From: a virus
Taxonomy: Duplodnaviria; Caudoviricetes
Reading direction: 5' to 3' (one strand)
Length of the DNA: 64,000 bases
Virus record (IMG/VR): IMGVR_UViG_3300031853_000006
Span: 32,001-96,000 of that record
A program made the position numbers and the translations under genes. Position 1 is the stretch's first letter. Each line of letters starts with the position of its first letter. The notes beneath the pieces are model-generated. The model was not told the DNA's origin, searched no databases, and saw only the letters and a program-made list of their open reading frames with translations. Below, one piece after another: positions 9,218 to 20,082 of the stretch.

Positions 9218-9634
9218 ATGAAAAGAGTAATCAGAGCATCAGCATACGACAACGCTACTATATTTGAAGACGAGAATTATATATTCAAAAAGGAGCATGG
9301 TATCGGCGTGAACGATACTCCGTATTACGGGTTAGCTGTAAAAGCGAAAAACGGATCGCCAGCAGATAAGCACGTAGTACAAGTCAGACTCAACAGCGAT
9401 TTTCCTAGGTATGAGGGAGCCCCTGTAGGAATTACTTATCAGGGTGCATATGTGGCTCACGGAATGCGAAGCTCAACAGATACGTGGGATGACACACAAG
9501 AATACATCGAAGTACTTCAAGATTCGCTTGATTTCGCAAAGAAAGTAACACAGTGGATCAAACATAACGGCTACGACAAAGTTAATCCGGATGTCGAGCC
9601 TGACTATGATGACGATTACGATCTTGATGAGTAA
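9218..9634 (+). CDS. Putative internal virion protein (MKRVIRAS leader)
   Basis: First 8 aa identical to ORF 41882. Confidence 0.55.
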   Translation: MKRVIRASAYDNATIFEDENYIFKKEHGIGVNDTPYYGLAVKAKNGSPADKHVVQVRLNSDFPRYEGAPVGITYQGAYVAHGMRSSTDTWDDTQEYIEVLQDSLDFAKKVTQWIKHNGYDKVNPDVEPDYDDDYDLDE

Positions 9635-9831
9635 TGTAACTAAGCAACCTCAATAAACCCTATCCATACATTTTAGGACAGAATACACCTACTTACACAT
9701 TGTTTTTCTTCCTAAAAGAGGAGCGCATTCGGCAATTGTTGAGTGCGCTTTTTCTTTGTAATCGTTGGACTGATTAAACTAACTAATACTTGAACCTTAT
9801 ACAATAATGTACTAATTTTTCGATATAATTC

Positions 9832-10059
9832 ATGAAAGGTATTTCAAAAATGGATGCAAAGCAGAAAATCAAAGAGCTGAGATCTAGAACAGGCTTATCA
9901 CAACAAAAATTCGGCATGCTTTTCAAGATGTCAGCAATCAATATCTCTAACTGGGAGCAAGGAGTAACTAAACCTCCCGAGTATGTTGTATACATGCTAG
10001 AAAGACTCATGGAATTGGATCCTGATATTCCAAAAGTAACTAACAAGGAGAATAACTGA
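9832..10059 (+). CDS. XRE-family HTH regulator
   Basis: IKELRSRTGLSQQKFG...ISNWEQG. Confidence 0.85.
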   Translation: MKGISKMDAKQKIKELRSRTGLSQQKFGMLFKMSAINISNWEQGVTKPPEYVVYMLERLMELDPDIPKVTNKENN

Positions 10060-10061
10060 TA

Positions 10062-11132
10062 ATGTCGTACACTCAACCCTTCTTCAGCTTAGTAATTCCA
10101 TGCTACAACGATGGAAGATACAAAGCAGGAGCTTATTTGGATAGGTTACTCTCTAGTGTAGTGGCTTCAAATCTGCAGTATGACGACATTGAAGTCATAC
10201 TAGCAGATGATCATTCACCTAAGCCCTACATGCGGACAGTTAACAAATTCAAAAAGTATTTCAACATAAAGATGATAAAAACCGAATACCAGTTTGGGCC
10301 CGGAAACACTCGGCAGGTCGGTACAATGATAGCAAGAGGCAAATGGCTGTGCTTCGCAGACCATGATGACACCTTTTATCCGCGAGCATTGCATACAGTC
10401 ATGGACCTAATTAACAATAGCGAAGGCGATCTAGTATACGTCCATGCTGATTTCGACAAAGTGAACAGTAATAACCCAGATGAAATTGTAGAAAGGTTCT
10501 ATAAGACGGATAATAACGCACTTAAGTTTGTTCATGGCAAGTTCTACAACATCGCAAAGCTATGGAAACCGTTTCATCTGCATTTTCCGAAGGATTTGAA
10601 GACACATGAAGACGTCGCATTAGGTTGTCAAGTAGAATGCGTGCTGAAATACGTTGATCCTAGTCAGATCTTGTATGTCCCTACACCTGTTTATAAATGG
10701 ACAGATAATCCAGAGTCAATTTCTAATCAAAACTACAACGATACTAAGTCGAATCCATTTCTGGAGAGGGCTTACTCAGATTATCTTACTTCCAACATAG
10801 GGCAATTTGTTGAGCAAGCTGAATTAGGTCGGCTGACTCCTATAGAACTTACAAACAAGGTACTTGTAGTCTTCTTAGGCAGCTGGTTCCAATTATACAA
10901 CTTCAAAGTCAATCATCCAGACACTTACATCAAGGAAAACATCGACTATGTGAAATACTGGTGGCACAGATACAAAGAAGTGTCACATTTCAGTACTCCT
11001 GTAATCAAACTAATGATCGCACAAGGGTTCACACAGTTAGCGCTGACCTTGAATCGAACTGCACAAGCTTACGGAGTCGAAAATCTGGATGAATGGCTTG
11101 AAATCTTAGATAGAAAGGAAGAGAAACAATGA
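10062..11132 (+). CDS. Glycosyltransferase family 2
   Basis: SLVIPCYN, ADDHS, GPGNTR, FADHDD, HED motifs. Confidence 0.9.
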   Translation: MSYTQPFFSLVIPCYNDGRYKAGAYLDRLLSSVVASNLQYDDIEVILADDHSPKPYMRTVNKFKKYFNIKMIKTEYQFGPGNTRQVGTMIARGKWLCFADHDDTFYPRALHTVMDLINNSEGDLVYVHADFDKVNSNNPDEIVERFYKTDNNALKFVHGKFYNIAKLWKPFHLHFPKDLKTHEDVALGCQVECVLKYVDPSQILYVPTPVYKWTDNPESISNQNYNDTKSNPFLERAYSDYLTSNIGQFVEQAELGRLTPIELTNKVLVVFLGSWFQLYNFKVNHPDTYIKENIDYVKYWWHRYKEVSHFSTPVIKLMIAQGFTQLALTLNRTAQAYGVENLDEWLEILDRKEEKQ

Positions 11133-12211
11133 GTAAACCATTTCTAAGCGTAATTATTCCATGCTACAACGACGGGAGGTACAAAGACGGTGTATATTTA
11201 GACCGATTACTGACCAGTATGACTAATCAGGGCATGAAACGAGAAGAAGTAGAGGTCATAATTGCAGATGACTGCTCACCTGAGCCATTTTTCGATAAAT
11301 ATGAGGAAAAGTTCGGTGATAAGTTTATTATGAAGTATGTCAAGACTGATTACAACTTCGCTCCTGGAAATACTCGTGCTAAAGGAGTTGAAATAGCGAC
11401 GGGCGAATGGATGGCTTTCGCAGACCACGACGATATGTATTATCCGCAAGCGTTTACAGCAGTACGAAATGCAATCCGCGAACGCAACGAGAAATACTTC
11501 ATATTCACAGATTTCACTGGAGTAACTCCCGAAGGAGAAGTCACAAAAGCGTACAAATGTGTGCTGAACTGGTGCCACGGCAAGTTCTACAATAGAAAGA
11601 ACCTCTGGGACAAATTCGGGATACATTTCATCCACGATCTTGCTTCGCATGAAGACATAGCAATATGCACTCAGGTCGCATGTGCGTTTACACAGCTACA
11701 ACAGGAGCTTACATATCTCGCAGTTGCATCTTACGCTTGGACCGACAATCCTCAGTCAGTGTCCCATGCAAAATACTATGTAGAAGGGTCAGACGGGCCT
11801 AGATACTTCTTAGAAGTATTCTTTAAGGACTATCTAACTGCAACTGGTTATATCTACTTAAATGAATTTGCACAACATAAAATATCACTTAAGTATGCAG
11901 TAACTAGGTGCATCGAGATAGCTGTATACTGCTACATATACACGCAAGGCTTCCAGTTCAAACGCAAGGATTTTCTGAAAGAGAACTTATTCCATTCGGG
12001 TGAATTCTTGAACCGAGTTAAAGAAACATTCAATCTAACTAACGAGCAGATTTATGATGCAGTAGCTGAAGATAACGCAGCCATCTATCGAAAAATCAGA
12101 CCATTAGCCGACCCGGGAGCAGGTGCATACATTCCCCAACAAAGCTTTATGGAATGGATTGAGCTAGTCGACCAAGCATATATCAGTGCAGAAGAGCAGC
12201 CTAATCGTTAA
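11129..12211 (+). CDS. Glycosyltransferase family 2 (paralogue)
   Basis: SVIIPCYN, ADDCS, FADHDD, HED motifs. Confidence 0.9.
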   Translation: MSKPFLSVIIPCYNDGRYKDGVYLDRLLTSMTNQGMKREEVEVIIADDCSPEPFFDKYEEKFGDKFIMKYVKTDYNFAPGNTRAKGVEIATGEWMAFADHDDMYYPQAFTAVRNAIRERNEKYFIFTDFTGVTPEGEVTKAYKCVLNWCHGKFYNRKNLWDKFGIHFIHDLASHEDIAICTQVACAFTQLQQELTYLAVASYAWTDNPQSVSHAKYYVEGSDGPRYFLEVFFKDYLTATGYIYLNEFAQHKISLKYAVTRCIEIAVYCYIYTQGFQFKRKDFLKENLFHSGEFLNRVKETFNLTNEQIYDAVAEDNAAIYRKIRPLADPGAGAYIPQQSFMEWIELVDQAYISAEEQPNR

Positions 12212-12306
12212 AGTTGATGTACCTGTCGGTGGAGGTCAGCATTATAAAGTAACCTTCAATAAATAAGACGAAATTCCAACAGCTTTTTAACGAAAGGAGT
12301 TTATAT

Positions 12307-12927
12307 ATGAAGAAATTCGTCAAGTCCGAACTTACATTGGACATGCGTGAATTCATTGACGGTGTGTGCAGATCGTTGAAAGGGCAACGAGCTTCAGCTA
12401 CTGACTATCGTGAAGCTGCACGTGACGTCGCACATAGATTCCTACCTACTACGTCTACTAAAAGTGCTTTCACAAAGATGGAAAAGGAGATTCTAAATTA
12501 CATGGTTTCACATAACTACATAACTAAAGACGTGCTGAAAGCAGGATTCACAGATAACAACGGAATCAGCGTAATTGATCCGGATGAAGTGCTTCCCAAA
12601 GAGCTAGCCAGCAGAAGATACGGCTGTAGACTTCAGTTTAGCAATGATTCATCAGCTAACGAAGAAGTATTGGAGCTAATGCTTGATCAAGGCTTCGTTA
12701 AAGTAAGCGCTTACAAGCTTCGTGAATATGGAGTTCTGTATCCTGATAAGTCAGTGTTCTTTGCACATTCAGACAGTCATTGCAACGAGATTGCAAATGA
12801 CATAACAGAAGACTACACCGGATTTCGAGTAAGCAGAACAATCAATGTCGTTTGGCCTCAGTACTACGACATCACAATCGTTACCGATGAGAAGGAACAG
12901 AAGCTTAAGTATCATCAGTTAACTTGA
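12307..12927 (+). CDS. Hypothetical protein (MKKFVKS leader)
   Basis: AAAGGAG RBS; AACCTT motif at 12251. Confidence 0.6.
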   Translation: MKKFVKSELTLDMREFIDGVCRSLKGQRASATDYREAARDVAHRFLPTTSTKSAFTKMEKEILNYMVSHNYITKDVLKAGFTDNNGISVIDPDEVLPKELASRRYGCRLQFSNDSSANEEVLELMLDQGFVKVSAYKLREYGVLYPDKSVFFAHSDSHCNEIANDITEDYTGFRVSRTINVVWPQYYDITIVTDEKEQKLKYHQLT

Positions 12928-12964
12928 TCAGTAATCACATTCAAGAAAGCGAGAAAGAATCGCA

Positions 12965-13357
12965 GTGCAAGCATCAGCATATTCGATAGTTGCTCAGTCT
13001 ATTCAATTAAAGAGTTTAGAGAAAGACGGAAAGCTTTACTATCGTTACACCATAAGCATTGACTCTGTAGATAAGCTACCCGAGTCAGCTTTAACTAAAG
13101 CGAAGAAGGTGCTGTCAACAGTAGCTACAGCTAAAAAGACACAGAAGTCTACGCCTATAAAACATCCTAAGGCCGCTAGGCTCAATCACCGAATGGACCA
13201 CGATGCAATACCACTACCATCATATAAGAGAGAATGTATGAAGGTAGCCCGGCAGCTCGGATATGATGATAAGGTACTCCAAATGATTGAAGCAGCTACA
13301 ACCGAAGCGCAAGTGCAGTCGGCACTTGTTACAGGACGACATCTAATGAAGGATTGA
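12965..13357 (+). CDS. Hypothetical protein, start uncertain
   Basis: Long ORF without a clear RBS. Confidence 0.45.
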   Translation: MQASAYSIVAQSIQLKSLEKDGKLYYRYTISIDSVDKLPESALTKAKKVLSTVATAKKTQKSTPIKHPKAARLNHRMDHDAIPLPSYKRECMKVARQLGYDDKVLQMIEAATTEAQVQSALVTGRHLMKD

Positions 13358-13366
13358 TGATTACTC

Positions 13367-13624
13367 ATGGTCAGACTAATATACTACGACGAATCAACAA
13401 GAACAGGAGTGCTTAGTAGCTCTTCAGAAGCATATGTACGCACAGTTGCAACAGAAGTGCTAAAAGAAGACCCAAACACAGATTGTAATCAACTCTCTAG
13501 AATACTCGCAGGAGAGCTAGAGGAAACTCATAAGGTAACTAATCAGAATTCGACCGATGTCCTTATAGATGTCAAGTCAATCGTGTACGCAACACGGTCA
13601 AAGCTAAGAATGCTAATCAAATAA
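13367..13624 (+). CDS. Hypothetical protein
   Basis: ORF track; terminator follows. Confidence 0.55.
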   Translation: MVRLIYYDESTRTGVLSSSSEAYVRTVATEVLKEDPNTDCNQLSRILAGELEETHKVTNQNSTDVLIDVKSIVYATRSKLRMLIK

Positions 13625-13794
13625 GCAAGCTACTTTTTACTAACATATACTCCTCTATAAAGCAAGCCCGAAGCGTCTTATCAGATGCCTTCGGGCCATG
13701 CTTTGTAGTAAGTTGAACCTTATTTATACACAGAAGAGAATATACAATGATCAAGTAGATGATCATTCAACATAAACAGAAAGAGGTACAGTAC

Positions 13795-14385
13795 ATGGAC
13801 GAACCCAAAACCGTTGGCGGAGTCGGAACTGATCTTTTAGTAGAGCAAACTAGGGATGTTTCGGCAATGCGAGACACCCTTATTTCTTTTAATAAGACCG
13901 ACCCAAATGCAGTCAGAAAAGCAATGCAAAATGTAACGCTGTTACGCGTCTATCACCAGTTAGAGCGCATTGTTAGATACACTGACCTCATTGACCGGAT
14001 AGAGGATAGCATTTATCAATCAATCGATGCGAAACTTGATAGTTCAGACCCGTCTGACCCCGAACTTTATTTCAGTTTAATCCCAATACAGGAACGATTA
14101 CAGCGAATGATGGTAGAATCACACAAGCTGTTAGAGCCCTACTTGAATATGGAACAACTTGCAACATTCGATGTGCCAGTAGCAGAAGATCCAAGTCAAG
14201 CATTCGCTTCTATGATACTCGATCAAGAATCACGAGAAAAGGTAAGAACATCCGCACAGGAGCTGCTTGCAGCTATATCTGCACTTGATGGAACATCTGT
14301 AGACGCAGAGTCAAGAGAAGCAGTTAAAAGCAAAGCAGCCGAAGCACTTGCACAGATAGAAGACAACAGCGAAGACGAGGAGTAA
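13795..14385 (+). CDS. Probable terminase small subunit
   Basis: Helical protein directly upstream of TerL; AGAGGT RBS. Confidence 0.5.
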   Translation: MDEPKTVGGVGTDLLVEQTRDVSAMRDTLISFNKTDPNAVRKAMQNVTLLRVYHQLERIVRYTDLIDRIEDSIYQSIDAKLDSSDPSDPELYFSLIPIQERLQRMMVESHKLLEPYLNMEQLATFDVPVAEDPSQAFASMILDQESREKVRTSAQELLAAISALDGTSVDAESREAVKSKAAEALAQIEDNSEDEE

Positions 14386-14391
14386 CCACAG

Positions 14392-16356
14392 ATGGCAGAA
14401 TACAGCGCAATATACGAAGACGCAGTAGATCGCATAACCGCTGTGTATAATTCATGTTCTATAGCCGAGCAGAAACTCCTTAAGAGTATCCTGGAGGAGA
14501 TGAGTGTCCACGGATACTCTCAAACTCTTGAACAGACATGGTTGAGTGATTTCCGAGAAGTTCCTGTGAGTCTCAATCAGTTTTTAGATGACCCTGATTA
14601 TCTTGGCCATGCGACAGACATGGGCAAGTCAGTGTTTCCGTATTGGCGTCAGATGATGAATGATTTATTCAATGCAGGTAACAGGTACAATGAAGTTATA
14701 CTGTCAGGAGCTACGAGAATCGGAAAAACGAGCACAGCAATCACCATAATGGCTTACATGTTATATCGCTTGATGCTTTACAGAGATCCTCATAGCTATT
14801 TCTCACAGAAGCCTACAGCCAGATTTACACTAGTGTTTGCAAACTTGACAAAAGAGCTAGCAACCGGAGTTGCCTTCTTCGAGTTTAACTCTACTATAAA
14901 AGAGTCACCGTGGTTCTTGAGGCATGGATCGATGAATCGAAGTTCGGCTAATCCAATATACCTACCAGACGGTGATAAAATAAACATACTACCTTGTTCA
15001 GATGCAGCACATGCGCTCGGGATGCAAGTTTTTGCGGCGATCATGGACGAGGTGTCGTTTGCCAAGGCGGGAATTAAGGATATTACAAAGGCCAAAGCTA
15101 GTATGAAAAACATGTACGATACAATCAACGCTCGTATTTCAGGTACCTTCAGAATTGGCGGTGAAGTTTACGGCAAATTGATTGCATCGTCATCTAAGAA
15201 TCAGGACAATGACTTCTTAGCCGATCACATTGAGACACAACAAAGGGCAGATAATGAACATTTGTTCCTAGTAGATGAACCGCAATGGAAGATACTACCA
15301 AAAGAGAAGTTCTCAGATAAAGTATTTCATTTTACTGTAGGAGATAGATACAAAAGAGGCTTCGTTATTCCTGAAGAAAACGATGACGAGGAACACAGAA
15401 AGGAATACGAGGAGCAAGGATACAAAGTCATAGAAGCACCTGCCGAATTGAGAAAGAACTTCGTTGCAGACTATGATATAGCCCTCAGGGACATCGCAGG
15501 AATATCTGTTGCAGGAGCAATGGGCTTTATCACGCAGGAGATGGTAACGCCATGTGTTACTCAAGAGAGGCAGAATCCGTTCTACGAAGATGTGCTTGTG
15601 ATAGGTACTCGTGACGAAGGAGTTGAGATATCAGATTACTTTCATGAAGAAGCAGTGCCGAGCGATTTGAAAGTGCAACAGATGGCGATACACATAGACC
15701 TAGCAGAAACTAGGAACCGAACAGGTATCAGTGGCTGTGTGGTTTCGGGTAATAAGGTAGTAGAAACGGAAGATGGCAAGAAAGTAGCACTCCCTTACAT
15801 AAAGCAAGTTTTTGCAGTCGGCGTTGAAGCTCCTAGAGGCGATAGACAATCATTTCAAAAAGTAATCAATTTCATAGTTTACCTCAGGCAGCATCATTTC
15901 AACATAGGGACAATCAGCACTGACCAGTATCAGTCATCGTTTCTTCGTGAAACATTGTCACAACAGGGGTTCGATGTAACTAAATTCTCTGTTACTGGTT
16001 CAATGGATCCGTTTATTGGAATGAAGAATCTTCTAATTGATCAAAGGATCGAGCTAGTCAAGAACCAGGTGCAAGAAGATGAACTCGTTTCAGTGCAGCG
16101 AGTTAACAACAAGATCGAAATACCTGAATCGTCAGATGGCGGGCACGGAGATATTGCAGAATCTGCAGTTGGAGCTGCTTACTCACTTGTGAAGGATCAG
16201 GTAACTGCCCGCCCGCCTGCAAGGAATCTAGCTTCAATCGCAGCAGCAGTTAACACAGGAAGAGGAGGCCGGAGACCTAATCCAATGTCTTCAGCTAATA
16301 CTATAAATAGCGGGCCAAAGGGTAACTACCCTGTTAAGTTTCCGAAGTTGAGGTGA
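14392..16356 (+). CDS. terL: Terminase large subunit
   Basis: Walker A SGATRIGKT, Walker B AAIMDEV, coupling motif ASS, RNase H-like HIDLA...D. Confidence 0.9.
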   Translation: MAEYSAIYEDAVDRITAVYNSCSIAEQKLLKSILEEMSVHGYSQTLEQTWLSDFREVPVSLNQFLDDPDYLGHATDMGKSVFPYWRQMMNDLFNAGNRYNEVILSGATRIGKTSTAITIMAYMLYRLMLYRDPHSYFSQKPTARFTLVFANLTKELATGVAFFEFNSTIKESPWFLRHGSMNRSSANPIYLPDGDKINILPCSDAAHALGMQVFAAIMDEVSFAKAGIKDITKAKASMKNMYDTINARISGTFRIGGEVYGKLIASSSKNQDNDFLADHIETQQRADNEHLFLVDEPQWKILPKEKFSDKVFHFTVGDRYKRGFVIPEENDDEEHRKEYEEQGYKVIEAPAELRKNFVADYDIALRDIAGISVAGAMGFITQEMVTPCVTQERQNPFYEDVLVIGTRDEGVEISDYFHEEAVPSDLKVQQMAIHIDLAETRNRTGISGCVVSGNKVVETEDGKKVALPYIKQVFAVGVEAPRGDRQSFQKVINFIVYLRQHHFNIGTISTDQYQSSFLRETLSQQGFDVTKFSVTGSMDPFIGMKNLLIDQRIELVKNQVQEDELVSVQRVNNKIEIPESSDGGHGDIAESAVGAAYSLVKDQVTARPPARNLASIAAAVNTGRGGRRPNPMSSANTINSGPKGNYPVKFPKLR

Positions 16357-16533
16357 TACATTATGGATAAAGAATCAACAGAAGAAGAACAGCATCTAGT
16401 CGAAATGTTTCAATGTACTAAAGAACAATACGATAACAGAGATGAACTAGAACCAAAGGCACTAAACAGCGAAAAGAAAGCTGATTAGTATATAAGTAAC
16501 TCGCAAACATCAAATAATAAGGAGGAAATAATC

Positions 16534-18141
16534 ATGGAGTTTGCAAAGACTTTTTGCAAACCTGGAGCGTGCATAGCAGTAACGCCCGTAGGTTTGCAGA
16601 CAGTTCTGCAGTATAACGAAAACGGCTTGCTGCAGAAAGTACTGATCGGGTTCGGATCAGATCTCGACAATGATCGAGGTACTTACACGATCACAGATGA
16701 GGGAACTTACAAAAAGCTGTTTGAGTCTATCAGAGGTCGTGTGCCTGTGAAGATTTCGACAACCGGAGGAACCACTTGGATCTACGGAGTTATGTATTCC
16801 GATAGAATTCCGAGCGACGACGGAGTCCTTCCTGATTCGCTCTTCAAAAGCTACATTGATGACATCGTCAAGGGTGAATCATATTCGTTCTATGCAGGGT
16901 ACATTCACAGTCTTGCAGCAGCATTCCAAGGACCTGTAGTGATCCGAAATTACTTGAGTATGGCAGGATTCAACGATCTTCCTCAGGTACTTGTCCCAGT
17001 TACGCTTACTGATAACACAATCGAGGGAGCATTACATTCTACTAAGACTCCGTTTAACAAGAATTTCATAGCAGGATTCTTTGTCTTTGAAGATATGAAA
17101 TGCAGATATGCCCCTCTCGGGTTGAAGCAGATCACTGTAACTAAAGATCCCGAAATTGAGATTGGTCCTGATGGGTGCTGGAAAGGTACAGTAGTCGGAG
17201 CTAACGAATCTATTGTATTCAATTATTCAGCTATTAAGCATCATCAGGTAGGCAAGGGAGCTACGCTACTGTTGCAGCAGATCAATGAACATCATCATGA
17301 CATCATTTCAACTCGAGTTGGATCTGATGCAGAACTAGTTAAGCTCGGAGTAGGCGCTGAAGTAAAATGCCCTGTATGCGGAAAGGTATGCAGAGTAGGA
17401 GCAGACGACGCTGCATATCGATGTGACGATCCTCACTGCGTATCACATATGTATACAGATACACAGAAGATGCTTAAAGCGTTGAAACTTGCGGAATTGT
17501 CTTTTGAAGAGTATAAGAAAGCAGTTGACCAGAAAGACATACAATGCCTAACAGATGTGTTAGCACTGCCTCAGTATAAAGATGAAAAGATCCAAGTTAC
17601 ATTGGCTTCAGCACTTTACGCTGTGATTCCATTTACACCTTTTGAGCTTCTTGAAAAGTTTGCAAATAAGTGCAACAACAAGGTAGAAACAGTTGTATAT
17701 TATATCGAAAATCCGTTAAGGATTGAAACAGATTTAGACATCACAGAAGTAGCGGTAGCTAGATTAGTTAAGTGGTTAGAGGATCCGTATAATATCACAA
17801 CACTTACGACTATTTTCGACATTGTTGAAATCGAGGAGAAGGAACAGAAGTTTGATGGCGCTCCCATCTTCCGAGGTAACAAGATTGCAATAACTGGAAG
17901 GTTCAAAAGAGGAGACCTTCCCGAAATTGAAGCAATTCTCAGAAGCTACTCTGCGGAAGTTACTACATCGATCAATGTAGGAGATGATCTTCCAGATGTA
18001 GTTGTAACTGGCGGAACCGCTGAAGGTATTTCTGGTCAGGTTATTCAGAAAGCTAAAGTTCATGGCATTCCGATCTACGAAGAGGACGATTTTTTCATCC
18101 GCTACGAAATAGATCAAGACCTGGCGAGCAACCTTCTATAG
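16534..18141 (+). CDS. Degenerate NAD-dependent DNA-ligase-like protein with Zn finger and BRCT
   Basis: LigA-like layout (CPVCG...CDDPHC; FRGNKIAITGRF BRCT) but the KxDG position reads VTPVG. Confidence 0.7.
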   Translation: MEFAKTFCKPGACIAVTPVGLQTVLQYNENGLLQKVLIGFGSDLDNDRGTYTITDEGTYKKLFESIRGRVPVKISTTGGTTWIYGVMYSDRIPSDDGVLPDSLFKSYIDDIVKGESYSFYAGYIHSLAAAFQGPVVIRNYLSMAGFNDLPQVLVPVTLTDNTIEGALHSTKTPFNKNFIAGFFVFEDMKCRYAPLGLKQITVTKDPEIEIGPDGCWKGTVVGANESIVFNYSAIKHHQVGKGATLLLQQINEHHHDIISTRVGSDAELVKLGVGAEVKCPVCGKVCRVGADDAAYRCDDPHCVSHMYTDTQKMLKALKLAELSFEEYKKAVDQKDIQCLTDVLALPQYKDEKIQVTLASALYAVIPFTPFELLEKFANKCNNKVETVVYYIENPLRIETDLDITEVAVARLVKWLEDPYNITTLTTIFDIVEIEEKEQKFDGAPIFRGNKIAITGRFKRGDLPEIEAILRSYSAEVTTSINVGDDLPDVVVTGGTAEGISGQVIQKAKVHGIPIYEEDDFFIRYEIDQDLASNLL

Positions 18142-18161
18142 TTGATGGAGGTTAACTACAT

Positions 18162-19667
18162 ATGGCGACATGGTTAGATAAAATACTACGACGCTCCGAA
18201 AGGGCTCAGAGAGAAGCAGGTCCGATAACCTCGATGCTTCGACAGATAGTCGGAGGGTCATTCTACAAGGTATCAGCTCTCAAGGGTGATTCAAGCGTCA
18301 ATACAATCAGAACGCAGATTGATACAATGAGAGCTCTTGCTCAAGATTCGCAGATAGCAACAGCTTTATCATATTATGCGACAGATGCAACCACACTCAA
18401 TTCTTCTGGTCAGATCATCTGGGCAACTGCAACTGAGTCAGGTTATCAAGAAATCGCAGATATAGTCAACACAAAGTTTACTGAATGGAAGATCAACACA
18501 TATGCACGTGATCACATTCTGGAACTTGCGACGATAGGTAACTTGTACCTTCCGACTACTAAGCTGTATCGAGAGCAGGGTGAACACGTACAAGGGAAAG
18601 AGCTAGTTTCCTTAGATAGTAATACTGTCCGTAATGACTTGTATGAAATTATTACCTCTACAAAGATTCCTCCAGAAGACGTCGTCCACTTATGGTACAA
18701 GGGTAAGCCGCAAGGTTACGCAATCCAGGAGAATTCAGATAGCGGAGAGGCGGTTAGGTATGACGAGAATGCTGTTATACATTTCACATTAGGTGGACTG
18801 TTAGGCGATTATACGCTTCCGGGTCGTAACGCAGATGGCGAGGACATAGATTTCGACATTCAGTTCGGACAGCCGCTCATGGCTGCTGCAACACAGCCCA
18901 CACAGACACTTAACTTGCTCGAAGATGCACTTGTCCTTTCGTCCCTCACTCGAATAGTCAGATTCATCAATGTAGAATGTGGAAATTCTGAGGAGGAAGA
19001 AATACAAGCGACCCTGCAGCAGATAAAAGATATGATAGAGCAGCAGCTTTCTATCAATACGTCGACAGGCGATGCACAGAGCTTCGTCAATCCGCAGAGT
19101 CCAAATAACTTAATTTACTTGCCTAAGATCAACGGACAAGATGCAATTTCAGTATTAGATATGAATATGGCAGAGGCAACCGACGCTGACAACAAGCTGC
19201 TTGACTACTATCAGGACAAGAAGCTGTCTGTGCTAGGTGTGCCGAAAGAAGCCATGAACTTCTCATCTGCAGAGGGACTCGGAGGTGCCGGAGCAGTTAT
19301 GTCACAGAGATCTGCTCTTTATGGAAACTCATTACAGCGTATCGAAACAGCCTACATGGAGGGTTGGAAGAACGCAATGAACATGTATTTTGTAGAGCAT
19401 GGGTTTAGCGGATACCAAGATAAGTTCGTACTTCACATGAATCCGATTATCACTCAGCTCAGTACCGTCAATTCAGAGAGACGCGATAGCACGCTTGGTC
19501 AGGCTTCGACAATGACGGAATTGCTCAAATCCTTAGGAGTATCTGATGAGGCACCGTATAGGAAAGCCCTCACCGAGATCCTATCCGAAGTGTTCCCTGA
19601 AACGGGTTCAGATGCTAATACATGGAACATTCAAGTAGAGTCAGGAGGTGAGGAAGGTGAGTTCTAA
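18162..19667 (+). CDS. Portal protein (T4 gp20-like)
   Basis: LLEDALVLSSLTR and KLSVLGVPK motifs; position after TerL. Confidence 0.8.
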   Translation: MATWLDKILRRSERAQREAGPITSMLRQIVGGSFYKVSALKGDSSVNTIRTQIDTMRALAQDSQIATALSYYATDATTLNSSGQIIWATATESGYQEIADIVNTKFTEWKINTYARDHILELATIGNLYLPTTKLYREQGEHVQGKELVSLDSNTVRNDLYEIITSTKIPPEDVVHLWYKGKPQGYAIQENSDSGEAVRYDENAVIHFTLGGLLGDYTLPGRNADGEDIDFDIQFGQPLMAAATQPTQTLNLLEDALVLSSLTRIVRFINVECGNSEEEEIQATLQQIKDMIEQQLSINTSTGDAQSFVNPQSPNNLIYLPKINGQDAISVLDMNMAEATDADNKLLDYYQDKKLSVLGVPKEAMNFSSAEGLGGAGAVMSQRSALYGNSLQRIETAYMEGWKNAMNMYFVEHGFSGYQDKFVLHMNPIITQLSTVNSERRDSTLGQASTMTELLKSLGVSDEAPYRKALTEILSEVFPETGSDANTWNIQVESGGEEGEF

Positions 19668-19668
19668 T

Positions 19669-20082
19669 ATGAAATCTTCAAAAGAGTTAGTTAACATCTT
19701 CTTCAGAGACCTCAAGCGTTATAATCAAACAAACTTCAAAACGATTGAGAAAGCAGATCTCAGTAAGCAAGATGCAACAGTTCATAAAGCATTTAGCTCT
19801 GTAGTAACTAGGTACTTCATATTCAAAGAGAAACATCCGGAAGTTTCAGAAGTGGAACACAGGATGCTCTATTTCAAGCTAAAGCTCGACATGGTAGCAA
19901 GCTATTTCTCAGAGTATCCAGACACATCAACTGATAACTTGGTTGCATTTCAGCTTGAACTCAAGAAGTACATCAAGGAGAGCAAGCATAATCCGGATGA
20001 AGGAGAAGAGATAAAAGATGGACAAGAAACTGCACTATCAGATATCCAGTTGGGATCAGATAACGGAATGCCTGTCGAATAA
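19669..20082 (+). CDS. Hypothetical protein in the head module
   Basis: AAGGTGAG RBS before MKSSK. Confidence 0.55.
   Translation: MKSSKELVNIFFRDLKRYNQTNFKTIEKADLSKQDATVHKAFSSVVTRYFIFKEKHPEVSEVEHRMLYFKLKLDMVASYFSEYPDTSTDNLVAFQLELKKYIKESKHNPDEGEEIKDGQETALSDIQLGSDNGMPVE

Noticed and set aside
12927-12965. Programmed frameshift joining ORFs 12307 and 12965
   Set aside because: The downstream ORF lacks a clear RBS, but an in-frame TAA at 12932 and no obvious slippery site give no support
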